Below are positions 1-10,654 of a DNA stretch of 64,000 nucleotides, one piece after another. The notes under the pieces were generated by a model. That model searched no databases and was not told where the DNA came from. It worked only from the letters and a program-made list of their open reading frames with translations. The first letter of the stretch is position 1; each line of letters opens with the position of its first letter. Source of the DNA: an uncultured virus (IMG/VR IMGVR_UViG_3300027867_000004). Taxonomy: Duplodnaviria; Heunggongvirae; Uroviricota; Caudoviricetes. Position numbers and translations under genes: made by a program. The stretch lies in IMG/VR virus record IMGVR_UViG_3300027867_000004, one strand, 5' to 3'.

Positions 1-201
1 CCTTTATATCTGAAAAAATACAGAACTTTAGCTCAGTTAGAGGTTGGCGATGTTTTCAGATATAAAGGCTCTGAGGAAGATGACTGGCACACGGTGAGCA
101 AGGTGGACGAGCAGAAAATATATTATGCTGGTCTGCAGGCAGATAAACCACAAAGTAACTGGCGCACTGATAACGTTTTAGTGATATGCAAAAGTATTTA
201 A
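1..201 (+). CDS. 3' end of a hypothetical protein, truncated by the window edge
   Basis: Frame 1 is open from base 1 (PLYLKKYRTLAQLEVGDVFRYKG...ICKSI) to TAA at 199-201 and overlaps the next start. Confidence 0.6.
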   Translation, partial: PLYLKKYRTLAQLEVGDVFRYKGSEEDDWHTVSKVDEQKIYYAGLQADKPQSNWRTDNVLVICKSI

Positions 202-818
202 TCTGTGATACAGAGACGACCGGGCTACCTGTAACTTATGATGCGCCTTTCGATGACGAGAGTAACTGGCCAAGAATTTTACAATTGGCGTGGGAACTTT
301 GTTACGAGAACGGTGAAACTATTGAGAAGCATTGTGATTTGGTAGAACCTGATGGCTGGCGTTTCCCTACAGGAGAGTTCTGGAAGGAGCACGGGTTTAA
401 CGAGGCAGATAATATGATGTTGGGCAGACCTATAAAAGAATTAATGATGGAACTGGCTATTGCTATGAACTGTGCTGATGTACTCATAGCACATAACCTC
501 GGATACGATAAGCCTATCATAGAATGTGAAATGTGGAGATGTAAAGTTTTTCCAAAAGCAGTTCGCAGAGAACTTATAGCTAATAACATTCAGCTAAAAG
601 CAGGTTTACGGCCTGAAGGCGTTCCGCTTAAAAAAGAATGCACCAAGCTGCTCAGCACACCTATTGTAAAACTCCCCGGAATACGTAGTGATTACGCATG
701 GCCAAAACTGGAAGTAGCTTATGAATTTCTGATGGGTAAGCCCTTTACAGGTGGTCACCAGGCGGACGCAGACGTCCAGGCTTGTAAAGAGATATATTTG
801 TGTATAAAAAGTTTATAA
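186..818 (+). CDS. DEDDh (DnaQ-like) 3'-5' exonuclease
   Basis: ExoI CDTETTG, ExoII AHNLGYD and ExoIII HQADADV motifs. Confidence 0.9.
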   Translation: MQKYLICDTETTGLPVTYDAPFDDESNWPRILQLAWELCYENGETIEKHCDLVEPDGWRFPTGEFWKEHGFNEADNMMLGRPIKELMMELAIAMNCADVLIAHNLGYDKPIIECEMWRCKVFPKAVRRELIANNIQLKAGLRPEGVPLKKECTKLLSTPIVKLPGIRSDYAWPKLEVAYEFLMGKPFTGGHQADADVQACKEIYLCIKSL

Positions 819-1333
819 TGGCTAAATTGACTCAAGAATTTTTGAAAGAATTATTTGATTATAAAGATGGTTTTCTTTATTGGAAAGTAAGAATTTCAAT
901 ACGTTGTATCATAGGTAAAGCAGCAGGTTACATTTCAAAAAGAGAAAAAGGCGACCGAAGATGTATCGGAATTAATGGAAAGAAATATTTAATTTCCAGA
1001 ATAATATTTCTTTACCATAAAGGATACTTACCTGTGAATGTTGACCATGAAGATCAAAATCCTTTAAACGATAAGATTGAAAATTTAAGAGATGCGTCCT
1101 GCGCTCAGAATAGTTTTAATAAAAGTTCTCGAAAAAATTCATCTTCAAAATATAAAGGTGTAAGTTTCTTTAAAAGAGATCAAAAATGGAGAGTACAAAT
1201 TTATATAAATAAGAAAAATACACATGTAGGATACTACGATAAAGAAACAGTGGCGGCATTAGCTTACAATAAAAAAGCAGTTTTCTACCACAAAGAATTT
1301 GCAAATTTGAATATAATAAACATAAATAATTAA
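818..1333 (+). CDS. HNH homing endonuclease with C-terminal AP2-like DNA-binding domain
   Basis: VDHEDQNPLNDKIENLR (HNH_3 type) and SSKYKGVS...KWRVQI...GYY...AALAYN (AP2). The likely start is the ATG overlapping the exonuclease stop (TAATG). Confidence 0.85.
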   Translation: MAKLTQEFLKELFDYKDGFLYWKVRISIRCIIGKAAGYISKREKGDRRCIGINGKKYLISRIIFLYHKGYLPVNVDHEDQNPLNDKIENLRDASCAQNSFNKSSRKNSSSKYKGVSFFKRDQKWRVQIYINKKNTHVGYYDKETVAALAYNKKAVFYHKEFANLNIININN

Positions 1334-1350
1334 ATTGTTAAACACTTAAA

Positions 1351-1902
1351 TTGAGTAAAATGGAATCACCTACAAAAGTAAGTACACCTGAAATCTGTCG
1401 TTTCAGTTATGTTAATTTAGCGGAGCCTAAATGCGCTCCCGGGTCCACAGAGGCGAAATATGGCCTCTCACTGATCATCCCAAAGTCTAATAAAAAGACT
1501 TTGAAAGCGATCAAAGCTGCCATAGAAGCTGCCATTGAGCTGGGTACGCAAAAGCACGGCAAAAATTTTAAAGCCAAGAAATTACCGCTCAGGGACGGTG
1601 ATGAAGAGCGCGAGGATGCAGCGTACAAGGACAGCTTTTTCCTGAATGCTAATTCCAAAAACCGTCCTGGTATGGTGGATAAGAAAGTTCAGCCGATCCT
1701 GGACCCTAAGGAGATCAAATCAGGGGACTGGGGTAATGTGAGCTTAAACTTCTATCCGTTTAACGTGAACGGGAACAGTGGGGTGGCTGTAGGGCTGAAC
1801 CACGTGCAAAAAGTCAAAGACGGAGAGCCGCTTGGTAGTCAGACCAATGCTGCTGATGAGTTTGATGAAGTGGAGTTTGATGATGATGATGGTATGTTGT
1901 AA
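1351..1902 (+). CDS. DUF2815 / gp2.5-like single-stranded DNA-binding protein
   Basis: RFSYVNL..P, KYGLSLIIPK, PLRDGD, FLNANS, GVAVGLNHVQKVKDGEPLG and an acidic C-terminal tail. Confidence 0.88.
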   Translation: MSKMESPTKVSTPEICRFSYVNLAEPKCAPGSTEAKYGLSLIIPKSNKKTLKAIKAAIEAAIELGTQKHGKNFKAKKLPLRDGDEEREDAAYKDSFFLNANSKNRPGMVDKKVQPILDPKEIKSGDWGNVSLNFYPFNVNGNSGVAVGLNHVQKVKDGEPLGSQTNAADEFDEVEFDDDDGML

Positions 1903-1950
1903 GACTTGTGCACTTCGCTACGGCGGAGTGCATTTTTAACCTTAAACCAA

Positions 1951-4890
1951 ATGAACTATAAAATTATTTTAAGCCGTGATAAATACGATGGGTATCTTAA
2001 AGTGGAGCTATTCAAACGTAAAAGCTTTTTAGGCATTCCTTACTGGTCAACTGCTTGTGTACATAAAGGCACGGAAAGCAGTGTTCAGCGCCGGAAAAGC
2101 ATTTGGATAACTGAGTTTAAAATACCTGTAGAAAATCAGTTTTACGATTATTCATCCCTTAATTGGTAATAATGTACTTGGAGCAAATATATAAGCGGTT
2201 AGATTTATTTAAGGATTATCTTAAATATAGACTTGAATTTGCTTTTAATGAACCTTACCTGACTCTCGATTTAGGTGCGTTATCCTTAATCTCTCCTGAA
2301 CTGATTTTACAACGATTTCAAGAAACAGGTTATTTATTTTTTAACGCTACAGAAGCTCACGGTCCGGAAATTAAGTTATACGAGTTTGATGAATGGTTAT
2401 TTGAAAATAAAATGTATGACTGTATCGATTTTACTATTCTTAAAGAGGACTATGAGCCTAAAGGACTAATTGATTATATACAGAAAGCTGGTACTATCAT
2501 AGAATACAGTTTTCCTCCTTCTGATAAAATGATAGCCAAAAGAAAATATAATTATTTTAATTATGAGCAAAGAAAAACAACCAATTATGGGAGCTAGTCC
2601 CGGACCAATCCAAGAGGAATGTGAACCTTATGGATCCGCATGGGAATTAGTCCGAGCTTGTGAGGATGATAAAGAAAATTGGCTACAACGCTATAGCGAC
2701 GTTAAAGCAACTATTCAAGTTAATTTCACTGAACATGCAACAGGTAAATATAAAAACATCATAAAAAGCGAGAATAACCTCTTAAAAATGGTTATGAACG
2801 TTTTTGAATATTTTGATAAGTCAAAAACTAATCTGGATACCTGTCTTGATGAAATTGCTCGTCTAGCTACCAAAAATGGGGCTATTACAATTAAGGAAAT
2901 ACGGGACATTTGTACACCGGTTTTAAACCCCAACGAAACACAAAAAGGAAACTAATGGAAAATAAAGCAGAGGAAAGGCAACTGAGTGAACGAGCTAAAA
3001 AACTTCACGCTATGTCAGTAACACGTGAACAATTGAAAGAGGAAAGGCAGACAGTGGAGGAAAACCTACTACCTGATAACTTCAAGTCATTCGGGCAAAT
3101 AGCTAATGAAAAATTTGGATATAAAGTTTGGAATGATGTGGAATTCTATACTTATGAAGAAGCAGCAAAGGAGTATGCTTTACTGGCTATTAAAACACTA
3201 CTGCAACCTGCCAGAGATGCCGAAATAAAGCGATTAAGGGAGGCGTTGGAGCAGATAGTAGAATGTACAGGAACATCCACATTACAGAATAAAATAGCGC
3301 GTGAAGCACTTAAAGAAAGGAACGAGAAATGAAAACAAGAGTATTTAAAACGATTGATAGTAAGCCGACAAAAAAAGGGACTTACTTTATTATGAAAGAT
3401 GGTGTAGAATCACTTTCGGAGACCGCCAATTGGGATGGTGAAAAATGGGATAAAGAAGGAATTACCCATTGGTATGACCATTTTGAACGGGATGGGATGC
3501 ATAAAACAAGCTATTTAAAATAATCTATTTAAAACAGAGAAATGAAAATATTACAGAATGCATTAATCTTCATATTCTTACTCGCCATGTTTAGTGTCTT
3601 AATATGTTTTAGCATTTTAATATTTGGCTTATTCATGCCAGAAGTACAATCTAATAAAATAACAATTGACATAGGTAAATATATTTTTAGCTGCGTATTT
3701 ATTATGATTTTTTGTTTATTCGTATTGGTCATTTTTAAACAATAAACCAACCCCCAACCCAATGAACAAACTTGAAGAAGCGGCACATCAATGGGCGGAT
3801 AAAAACCCTTACCAAATCCCCCACAGAAATGAAAACAGCAAAAGAATACTATTCGAAATATTATGGTTTTAATTCAATTTTGACCCACAAAATCATACAT
3901 GAGGCTATGGAATCCTACGCCACAGCCAAAACCACTCATCTTGAAGCCAGGATAAAAGAATTGGAGGGAACATTGCAAGAAATAGTCAATTTAGGAATGA
4001 TAGAAGGGTGGCTTTTGGCCAAACGCGCTTTAAGCGGGAAAGGGGGAGGGGAATAATGATTAAACAATTTGAAATGGATTTTGAAGAAAAGCAATGCGTT
4101 ACTTGTGGATGCATATACTTTGTTCCGTCTAATGTTTTACGTATTCACAGGGAAAACGGAACGTCATTTTATTGCTATAATGGTCACGCGCAGGTATATT
4201 GTAAAACAGTATCTCAGATAAAGCAGGAAAGGATAGATGAATTAGAACAAATTAAAATTAACAGGGAGTCCGAAATACAAAGACTATCATCTACCGTTCT
4301 TGATTTAAGAAAGCAACTCATTCCATCAAAACCAGTTAAACGCAGAGCAAAAAGAATATCGAAATGAAAAAATCACTCACAATTTTATTCCTGCTATCAG
4401 CGATGGTGGGGATGGGGCAAACGAAACCTGATACAGCCTTATCAAACGCTTTTATTCACGGCACAACTTATACTGATAGGCTTTCACCTTCGTTATTTCA
4501 TGTACTCGCTATAGATACATCCGAAGAAATATTTTCGTTCAGAATGACCGGAGATACAGCCAAATTAAAGCCCGTAGATACTGCATTTTATACAATGGGC
4601 AATACTATGTACCGTGAGATTAAATACCGATACATAGTTAATAAGTCGCCAATGTATTTGATGATTAGGAGTTACAACGATTCACATCATTGGATATTTT
4701 TTTCATTTCAACTATACGACAAATTATAACCATGAAACCTATTTGCAAGCTTGCCGATATAAAAAGCATTTGGTCCTCATTCAAGGGCAAAATTTACGTT
4801 GAACTAAATAATAGAACGATAACCACTTATCAAGAATTAGTCTTTAAAGATGGCGTTCTTTATGAGAAAATAAATGAACCTGTAAAATGA
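1951..4890 (+). CDS. Run of about 10 small, tightly packed hypothetical genes (1951-2169, 2163-2597, 2563-2955, 2955-3332, 3329-3523, 3542-3745 membrane, 3829-4056, 4056-4367 CxxC/Zn-binding, 4364-4729 signal peptide, 4732-4890)
   Basis: Overlapping stop/start codons on one strand, typical of phage early or middle accessory genes. No family recognised. Confidence 0.6.
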
Positions 4891-4960
4891 AAAAAATATT
4901 CCTTTGGAGGATAGCTTGAAATTTAGTAAGAAAAATTAACTTTACATAAAAACAAACAAC

Positions 4961-5476
4961 ATGGGATTTTTATCAAACATCTTCAGTGCTATCGGTAACT
5001 TTGTCAAGTCCGAGATAGCAAAATTAGCGGGCGACGCTACAGTAGTAGAATCAGCAATTGAAAGTGCAGCCAACATCGCCGACAGTTTAGTAAACAGTTT
5101 AAAGAATTGGGTAGCAACTCCAGCCGGACAAGCAATTGAATCCGTTATCGAAGCGGTTCCAGGAATTGGCCCGTACGTTGCAGATATTCTTAACTTTTTA
5201 CCACAATTGGTAACGGATTTGGGATGGGCTGTCCAGGAATTTACCAAATCACCAGCGCAGGTAGTTCAGGACGGCATCACAGCGGCTATAAACGCTCCAA
5301 ATGCAAATATCAAAGCTACTAACCTTGCCGTATTAAATGCGCATATAGTTACTAAAATAGGGCAATTAAGCCAAGCGCCTGTTACAATCCAAACGGCACT
5401 TTCTATGGCTCCGACAGTTCATGTGGTTAATCAGGGCAACGGTAACTTAATCCCAAACGCTTCAGCCGTATCTTAG
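4961..5476 (+). CDS. Hypothetical Ala/Ile-rich protein with N-terminal amphipathic helix
   Basis: 171-aa ORF starting MGFLSNIFSAIGNFVK, with TAACTTTA upstream and a hairpin downstream. Confidence 0.7.
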   Translation: MGFLSNIFSAIGNFVKSEIAKLAGDATVVESAIESAANIADSLVNSLKNWVATPAGQAIESVIEAVPGIGPYVADILNFLPQLVTDLGWAVQEFTKSPAQVVQDGITAAINAPNANIKATNLAVLNAHIVTKIGQLSQAPVTIQTALSMAPTVHVVNQGNGNLIPNASAVS

Positions 5477-5509
5477 AGGTGGTACGGGATTTTATTTGGA
5501 ACCATTAAT

Positions 5510-5530
5510 GCCCGTGAAAGCGGGCTTTAA
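5510..5530 (+). terminator. Hairpin, probable intrinsic terminator
   Basis: GCCCG-TGAAAG-CGGGC followed by TTT; the U-tract is short. Confidence 0.45.
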
Positions 5531-5697
5531 AGTAAAATGAAAAACCCATATTGTCCAACTCTCGACACTAACGGAGATCATTTAGTACCACCTGTGACAC
5601 GTGCTCGCAGTAGGAGAGGGCCGTATAACAAGCCCACTACTATTGATAGTAAGGTTAAGTGGTACACATGGGATGAGTATCAACGAAAAAAGAAATC

Positions 5698-5919
5698 ATG
5701 ATAACAGAAAAGTATTTATTCAGGTTAGCAAAAGACGCTCAGCGCCTTGGCTATGCACACAGGCAGTTTATAGCAGAGGTGCCAGAGTCCATTTTTTACG
5801 AAACTATAGAGGTTTTGGACAAACTTGGTGTGGAGTATTTCTACCGGGAGTTTGACTACTTTCGGGAGTTTTACGTGATGATATTGAACGTGAGGTTTGT
5901 GTTTTGGACGAGTATTTAA
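5698..5919 (+). CDS. Hypothetical protein, last gene of the + strand block
   Basis: 73-aa ORF converging on the - strand lysis genes. An unlisted 54-aa ORF at 5537-5701 precedes it. Confidence 0.55.
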   Translation: MITEKYLFRLAKDAQRLGYAHRQFIAEVPESIFYETIEVLDKLGVEYFYREFDYFREFYVMILNVRFVFWTSI

Positions 5920-6224
5920 GGCGCCACCGTATTGACAGGTTCGTCAGCTTTAGGTAATACATTTACCGTTGAACTGTCATTTGCACTCACCGTTGGATTG
6001 CTGCCACTGCCTTTAAGATCGGCAATTGTTTGATCTTTAACGGCACTGGACTTACTCGACCCAAAGTAGAAAGTTGCGCAAAGCAGCATTATATCGAACA
6101 TCCTGTTCTTATCGTTGTCAGGCAATTTGGCAAAGGTAATAGCGCAGCCAAGTCCGACCATAATGAGTATAGCTACTATTGCAGTGATGTTTTGCTGTAA
6201 CCAGCTTTGTGATTGGGGGTTCAT
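5916..6224 (-). CDS. Putative holin or two-TM membrane protein
   Basis: Two hydrophobic segments and an FYFGSS motif seen in phage holin-like proteins; lies next to the lysin. Confidence 0.55.
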   Translation of the reverse strand: MNPQSQSWLQQNITAIVAILIMVGLGCAITFAKLPDNDKNRMFDIMLLCATFYFGSSKSSAVKDQTIADLKGSGSNPTVSANDSSTVNVLPKADEPVNTVAP

Positions 6225-6424
6225 TGTTTTGTAAAAGTTGTAAGTTCATCACCATGTATGAAAACCATATTTCCAGTTGCCTGTGATGTAGATTTTGGCC
6301 TTGCAGGTGGCATACCCGTAAAACAGCATATCAATCCTGTTCCGTTACAAATCCTACAAACCATGCCCGTATATCCAGATGTGTCGTTGCCCTCACATTT
6401 AGGGCATAATTGCCAATTTTCCAT
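6221..6424 (-). CDS. Small CxxCxGxG zinc-finger protein
   Basis: CPKCEG and CRICNGTG. Confidence 0.55.
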   Translation of the reverse strand: MENWQLCPKCEGNDTSGYTGMVCRICNGTGLICCFTGMPPARPKSTSQATGNMVFIHGDELTTFTKQ

Positions 6425-6427
6425 AGT

Positions 6428-7000
6428 CTATAACGCTTTAAGTTCTTCTATCGTTCCAAAATAAGTATCAATGTCAAGGCCTCCGCCTGTTAACGAACCG
6501 TCTTGTAACCCGCTCTCTGAATTTTGCCAAAGAGTTAGCTCTGTAAAGCCACCTAAATGTGTTGGCGGGTTTGGTTGCCAGGCAGCTACCCAAAGATAAG
6601 CGTCAAAAGACTGCCCCTGCAAATTATCAGCTAAAAACCCTGGGTCACAATATAGTATCGGTTTACGACCACTTCTTTGCCGGGCACCTGCAAGCCAGGC
6701 CTGTACCATAGCGGGTGTTATGCCTTGGACCTCCGCATCGAGAATAGGTGGGAGATCGTTTTTAATGCGTCCGTTAAAGTAGTTGTCGAGCTGGGCCTCT
6801 ATTGGGTCATTTGGCAAAAGAAAATGATAGTCCCCCCACACTAAGCCGCTTGTAGGCAGGTATCCTGATCGGAAAGCATAGGACTTTTCAGTGAGAGTAA
6901 CCCCTTCACTTTTTTTTATAATAACGAATTTAAAGTCCTCGGAAAGTGTTTTCCAGTTAATGTCATCAAGATCAGAACAATCAAATCCGAGTATGCTCAT
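6428..7000 (-). CDS. GH25 family muramidase (endolysin)
   Basis: N-terminal GFDCS, FVIIKKSEG, GDYHFL, PPILDAE (DxE), LWVAAW, LWQ and C-terminal DID. Confidence 0.88.
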   Translation of the reverse strand: MSILGFDCSDLDDINWKTLSEDFKFVIIKKSEGVTLTEKSYAFRSGYLPTSGLVWGDYHFLLPNDPIEAQLDNYFNGRIKNDLPPILDAEVQGITPAMVQAWLAGARQRSGRKPILYCDPGFLADNLQGQSFDAYLWVAAWQPNPPTHLGGFTELTLWQNSESGLQDGSLTGGGLDIDTYFGTIEELKAL

Positions 7001-7128
7001 TTTCTTATCGTTTTTATAAATGCTTCAATCTTATCAGCATTCAGCATTATCCATCCGGCGATCAACAGTGCTGCTGTTATCGCAAGAGTGGTATAAAAAT
7101 CATAAGCTACTTGTTTGCTGATTTTCAT
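6997..7128 (-). CDS. Small single-TM protein (43 aa), possible holin or antiholin; not in the ORF track
   Basis: MKISKQVAYDFYTTLAITAALLIAGWIMLNADKIEAFIKTIRK; its stop overlaps the lysin ATG. Confidence 0.55.
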   Translation of the reverse strand: MKISKQVAYDFYTTLAITAALLIAGWIMLNADKIEAFIKTIRK

Positions 7129-7158
7129 TGGATTAAATATAAAAAGTTTAATTGAAAT

Positions 7159-7192
7159 AAAAAAGTCCGTTTACCCTTGTGGCTTACGGACT
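7159..7192 (-). terminator. Intrinsic terminator after the 953-aa gene
   Basis: AGTCCGT...ACGGACT inverted repeat next to an A-run (a U-tract on the - strand). Confidence 0.6.
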
Positions 7193-7230
7193 ATTTACTA
7201 ACCAAAAACATTATGAAAAAAGAAGACTAT

Positions 7231-10092
7231 TTAATACACGCCTCCAAAAACTGTCCAAATTATCATCGTTGACGGAGCGATGACCTGTAACACCCCTGGA
7301 ACATAAGTTAACGTATAATTTGTCGAGGTAGCGCCGCTGGCCGTTATGGGATAAGTTCCTACCGGTGATGCGGTTGTCGCTGTGGTACTCAGTGTTGGTG
7401 GAGTTTGTAAAGCTGTTGCTGGCGTATCTCCGTTAAGCAGCTGCGCCTGGTCCACACCAAATGTTAAAGCTGGATTGGCGAAACCTACATATTTACTTTG
7501 GTTGATAGCAATAATTTGAAGTGTAGCCTGAGCAACACTGATTGTTACCGTCGCAGCAGAGCTGCCGGAGGCGTTCACGGCGGTTATCGTATAAACCGTC
7601 GAAGGACTAATAACTCCAGATTTGCCACTAATTTGCCCGGTGGTAGAAAGAAAAGACATTCCTGCTGGCAGAGATGGACTGATGGAAAATGTTGCTGCTG
7701 AGCCTGTATTTACAGGCACCACCGGAACAATATTTGTACCATATACTGCTGAGATGTTATTCGGTGAATACGAGATGTTAGGCGCAATGATCGGGTTCGG
7801 GAGAACAGTTATCTGCACTGTAGCATGACCGCTGCCAGAAGCATTTGTACCTGTTATGGTGTATGAGGTTAAGGGCGATACAGCGCTTACAGTACCCGTA
7901 ATAACGCCGGTGACAGTAGACATCGATAGGCCCGCTGGCAGTGCCGGAGTAATGGAAAACGAAACTATTGGGCCACCTGTTGAAACAGGGCTCAGTGGGC
8001 TTATCGATGTCGGGATCGTATATATGCCGCTGGCCGGCGAATAGCTGAACGCCGGCAAGGCGACCGGCGCAGGGTTTATGGTGATAGTCAAGCTGAAATG
8101 GCTGACGCCGCTGCTGTTGCTTGCTGTGATAACGTACACCACTGCGGCAGTTACCGTAGTGGGCGTACCGCTGATCACACCGGTTGTAGCATTTATAGTG
8201 ATGCCTAACGGTAAAGCAGGTGCCACGGTGTAAGAGCTTGTTACCACGCCCCCTGAATTGCTTGGCGTCAGAGCGCCTATCGTTGTTCCAGCAACATATG
8301 TATTGCTTGACGGTGTATAGCTAATGATCGGAACAGCATAGCTAACCGATATGGCCATGGTAAAATGGCTTGTTCCGCCCGCGTTAGATGCGGTAATAAC
8401 AAAGTTGGCTGATGCTGATGGTGCAGTAGGTGTTCCGCTTATAATCCCTGTAGTGGGATCTATCGATAAACCTGGCACCAATGCAGGGGCTACCGTGTAC
8501 GTGCTTGTCACCGCACCACCAGTATTGCTGGGAACCAGGTTTACCGCGGTACCTACAGTCAAGTTTTGTGGCGATACATAGCTGATCGCTGGCGGGGTAA
8601 CCGGGACAGGATTTACTGTAATATTGATGACATATGTAGCCGAACCGCTGGAATTTGTTGCAGTAACGGTATAGTTCGTAGCTGCTTGCACTGTTGTAAC
8701 CGTTCCTGATAAAACACCGGTAGTAGCACTGAACGTTGTACCTGCAGGTTTACCCGTTATGGTATACGCCGTGGCTGCACCGCCCGTGTTGGTAGGCGAA
8801 AGGTTGACTGTATTACCCACTACGTAAACGTCTGGTGATGGGTAAGAAATAATTGGCACGCGGGGGCCTATGGTGATGCTGATGGTAAACGAACCTGTGC
8901 CCGCAGTATTGTGCGCAGTGATGACATAGTTTGTCGCTGCAGCAATCGTCGTAGGGGTTCCGGTAATTACCCCGGTAGAGGTGTTCAGTGTCATTCCCGG
9001 GGGGACTGTTCCAGACCAGCTTGCTGCTGCGCCGCCGCTGTTAAAAGGTGGCAGCGTATAAGCGGTGCCTACCTGAAAAGTATTCGGGCTGGTATAAGTG
9101 ATAACAGGTGGTAATAGTACTGGTGAGGCACTGCAAGCAGTGACCATTGGCGTAGGTATCATTGTACTGGTAGCCAGTGGATCAGCAGTATTAGTAGCGG
9201 TGTTTGTTGCCCAGCCCTGTGGTTGAGTCAGTGACGGATTAAACCATTTATTAAAAATACCACCCGTGTTCTGCGTCCAGTTGATGTTGTTATAGCCGAT
9301 GTAAATTGAGGATGATCCCGGCGGGCTGCCCGTGGTATAGTAACTGATGCCGACATTGGTAATATTTGTTTTACTGGAATAAACTTTATTATGATCCATC
9401 TTGGCACTGGAGCCGCGTCCGTCAACCTGCATACCAATATACCCGCCATTGATGACCAGGTTTCCTCTTGCCACCTGGTAAGCGCCGCCGGAATCGGTCA
9501 GGTTAATGCCGCATGCACCATTATTTCCACCCGTGAAGCCTCCAGGGCCAGTACCGTTCATCGTCTGCTGACCACCGCGTATCCAGTTGCCTATAACCTG
9601 TATGGAGTCTCCGACCACGCCATTGGAATTGTAAATACTGATCTGATCGTGCGTATATTGAGTGGTGGCTGGATCTTCAAGGATCTTGTTATAATTGATG
9701 TGGCCACGTGTGCAGGTTATAAATTGGATCGGGTGATAGGTCTGGTTGGGTGCACCGAAAACGTTATGGATGTAATTACTCAGTATTTGAGTATTGGTAC
9801 AGTTCTGCGCAATAATACCCTGCTGCACGTTTTCGACAAATGTGGAATCGATGGTGATATTTGTGCATCCACTCAATGAAATTGCTACGCCAGTGCTCCC
9901 CTCAACCTTACATTTAAAAATAGTGATGTTGGTGCAATTAGTGAGCTTGATGCTAGAGATGCTATCCAGGGTTATCGTTTGATTGCTTACTCCTGTCAGA
10001 CTTATTGGAGCTACGTAATGGAAAGGTCCACAAAATTGAGCCAGCGCCCATACCGGCATGAGCATCAATAGTATTAACAGGGCTTTTCTCAT
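7231..10092 (-). CDS. Exported adhesin-like protein: signal peptide, right-handed beta-helix, six putative Ig (He_PIG-like) repeats and an MBG-like domain
   Basis: MRKALLILLMLMPVWALA/Q signal; Asn/Ile ladder repeats; six ~85-aa ISY...TGxIxGTP...YxITAxN units; C-terminal YPITASGATSTNYTLTYVPG. Confidence 0.8.
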   Translation of the reverse strand: MRKALLILLMLMPVWALAQFCGPFHYVAPISLTGVSNQTITLDSISSIKLTNCTNITIFKCKVEGSTGVAISLSGCTNITIDSTFVENVQQGIIAQNCTNTQILSNYIHNVFGAPNQTYHPIQFITCTRGHINYNKILEDPATTQYTHDQISIYNSNGVVGDSIQVIGNWIRGGQQTMNGTGPGGFTGGNNGACGINLTDSGGAYQVARGNLVINGGYIGMQVDGRGSSAKMDHNKVYSSKTNITNVGISYYTTGSPPGSSSIYIGYNNINWTQNTGGIFNKWFNPSLTQPQGWATNTATNTADPLATSTMIPTPMVTACSASPVLLPPVITYTSPNTFQVGTAYTLPPFNSGGAAASWSGTVPPGMTLNTSTGVITGTPTTIAAATNYVITAHNTAGTGSFTISITIGPRVPIISYPSPDVYVVGNTVNLSPTNTGGAATAYTITGKPAGTTFSATTGVLSGTVTTVQAATNYTVTATNSSGSATYVINITVNPVPVTPPAISYVSPQNLTVGTAVNLVPSNTGGAVTSTYTVAPALVPGLSIDPTTGIISGTPTAPSASANFVITASNAGGTSHFTMAISVSYAVPIISYTPSSNTYVAGTTIGALTPSNSGGVVTSSYTVAPALPLGITINATTGVISGTPTTVTAAVVYVITASNSSGVSHFSLTITINPAPVALPAFSYSPASGIYTIPTSISPLSPVSTGGPIVSFSITPALPAGLSMSTVTGVITGTVSAVSPLTSYTITGTNASGSGHATVQITVLPNPIIAPNISYSPNNISAVYGTNIVPVVPVNTGSAATFSISPSLPAGMSFLSTTGQISGKSGVISPSTVYTITAVNASGSSAATVTISVAQATLQIIAINQSKYVGFANPALTFGVDQAQLLNGDTPATALQTPPTLSTTATTASPVGTYPITASGATSTNYTLTYVPGVLQVIAPSTMIIWTVFGGVY

Positions 10093-10121
10093 ACTTAAAG
10101 GTAAAAATTTATTTTCTTAAT

Positions 10122-10415
10122 CTACCTACGCTTTTTACTTAAATTGTAATGTGTTACAAAGATAAGCACCGATCCGCAATGAAACAACATGCGCACAAAT
10201 AATGCCCACATATCGCCGTCCATTGTCTTGGTTTTATGAATGAAAAATATGGATATGTACTGATACACGGCGATACCGTATGCGATCGACCCGAGTGCGC
10301 AGGCAAATCCGAACCATCCGCGTAAGTCTATGAAGTTTCTTATCATTAAGTATCCCCACATGACGCTGCAAAACGCCACAGCAACCAAAATCGGTGGTGC
10401 GAATACGTTCATCAT
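10122..10415 (-). CDS. Three-TM membrane protein
   Basis: Three hydrophobic segments and a basic C-terminus. Confidence 0.6.
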   Translation of the reverse strand: MMNVFAPPILVAVAFCSVMWGYLMIRNFIDLRGWFGFACALGSIAYGIAVYQYISIFFIHKTKTMDGDMWALFVRMLFHCGSVLIFVTHYNLSKKRR

Positions 10416-10654
10416 TTACGGAGTGTGCCTATCGTTTCACGCAGATCATTGATGGCATGGGTAAGACTTTCTATTTGTGGGCTGACTTCAATCTTTATGA
10501 GTTCGCGGAGCCGTGCGTCCTGTTTCTTGGAGTATGACTTGGCGATTTCGGATATTACTTTCCATATAGCAATGATTCCACCGATCATAGGTAGGCTGTC
10601 TTTTACGAACTGCAACACAAGGGCAAAGTTATTACCACTATCCTGCCCGCTCAT
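10412..10654 (-). CDS. Single-TM protein with coiled-coil tail (holin-like); start uncertain
   Basis: LPMIGGIIAIWKVI followed by a heptad-like segment. Confidence 0.5.
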   Translation of the reverse strand: MSGQDSGNNFALVLQFVKDSLPMIGGIIAIWKVISEIAKSYSKKQDARLRELIKIEVSPQIESLTHAINDLRETIGTLRK

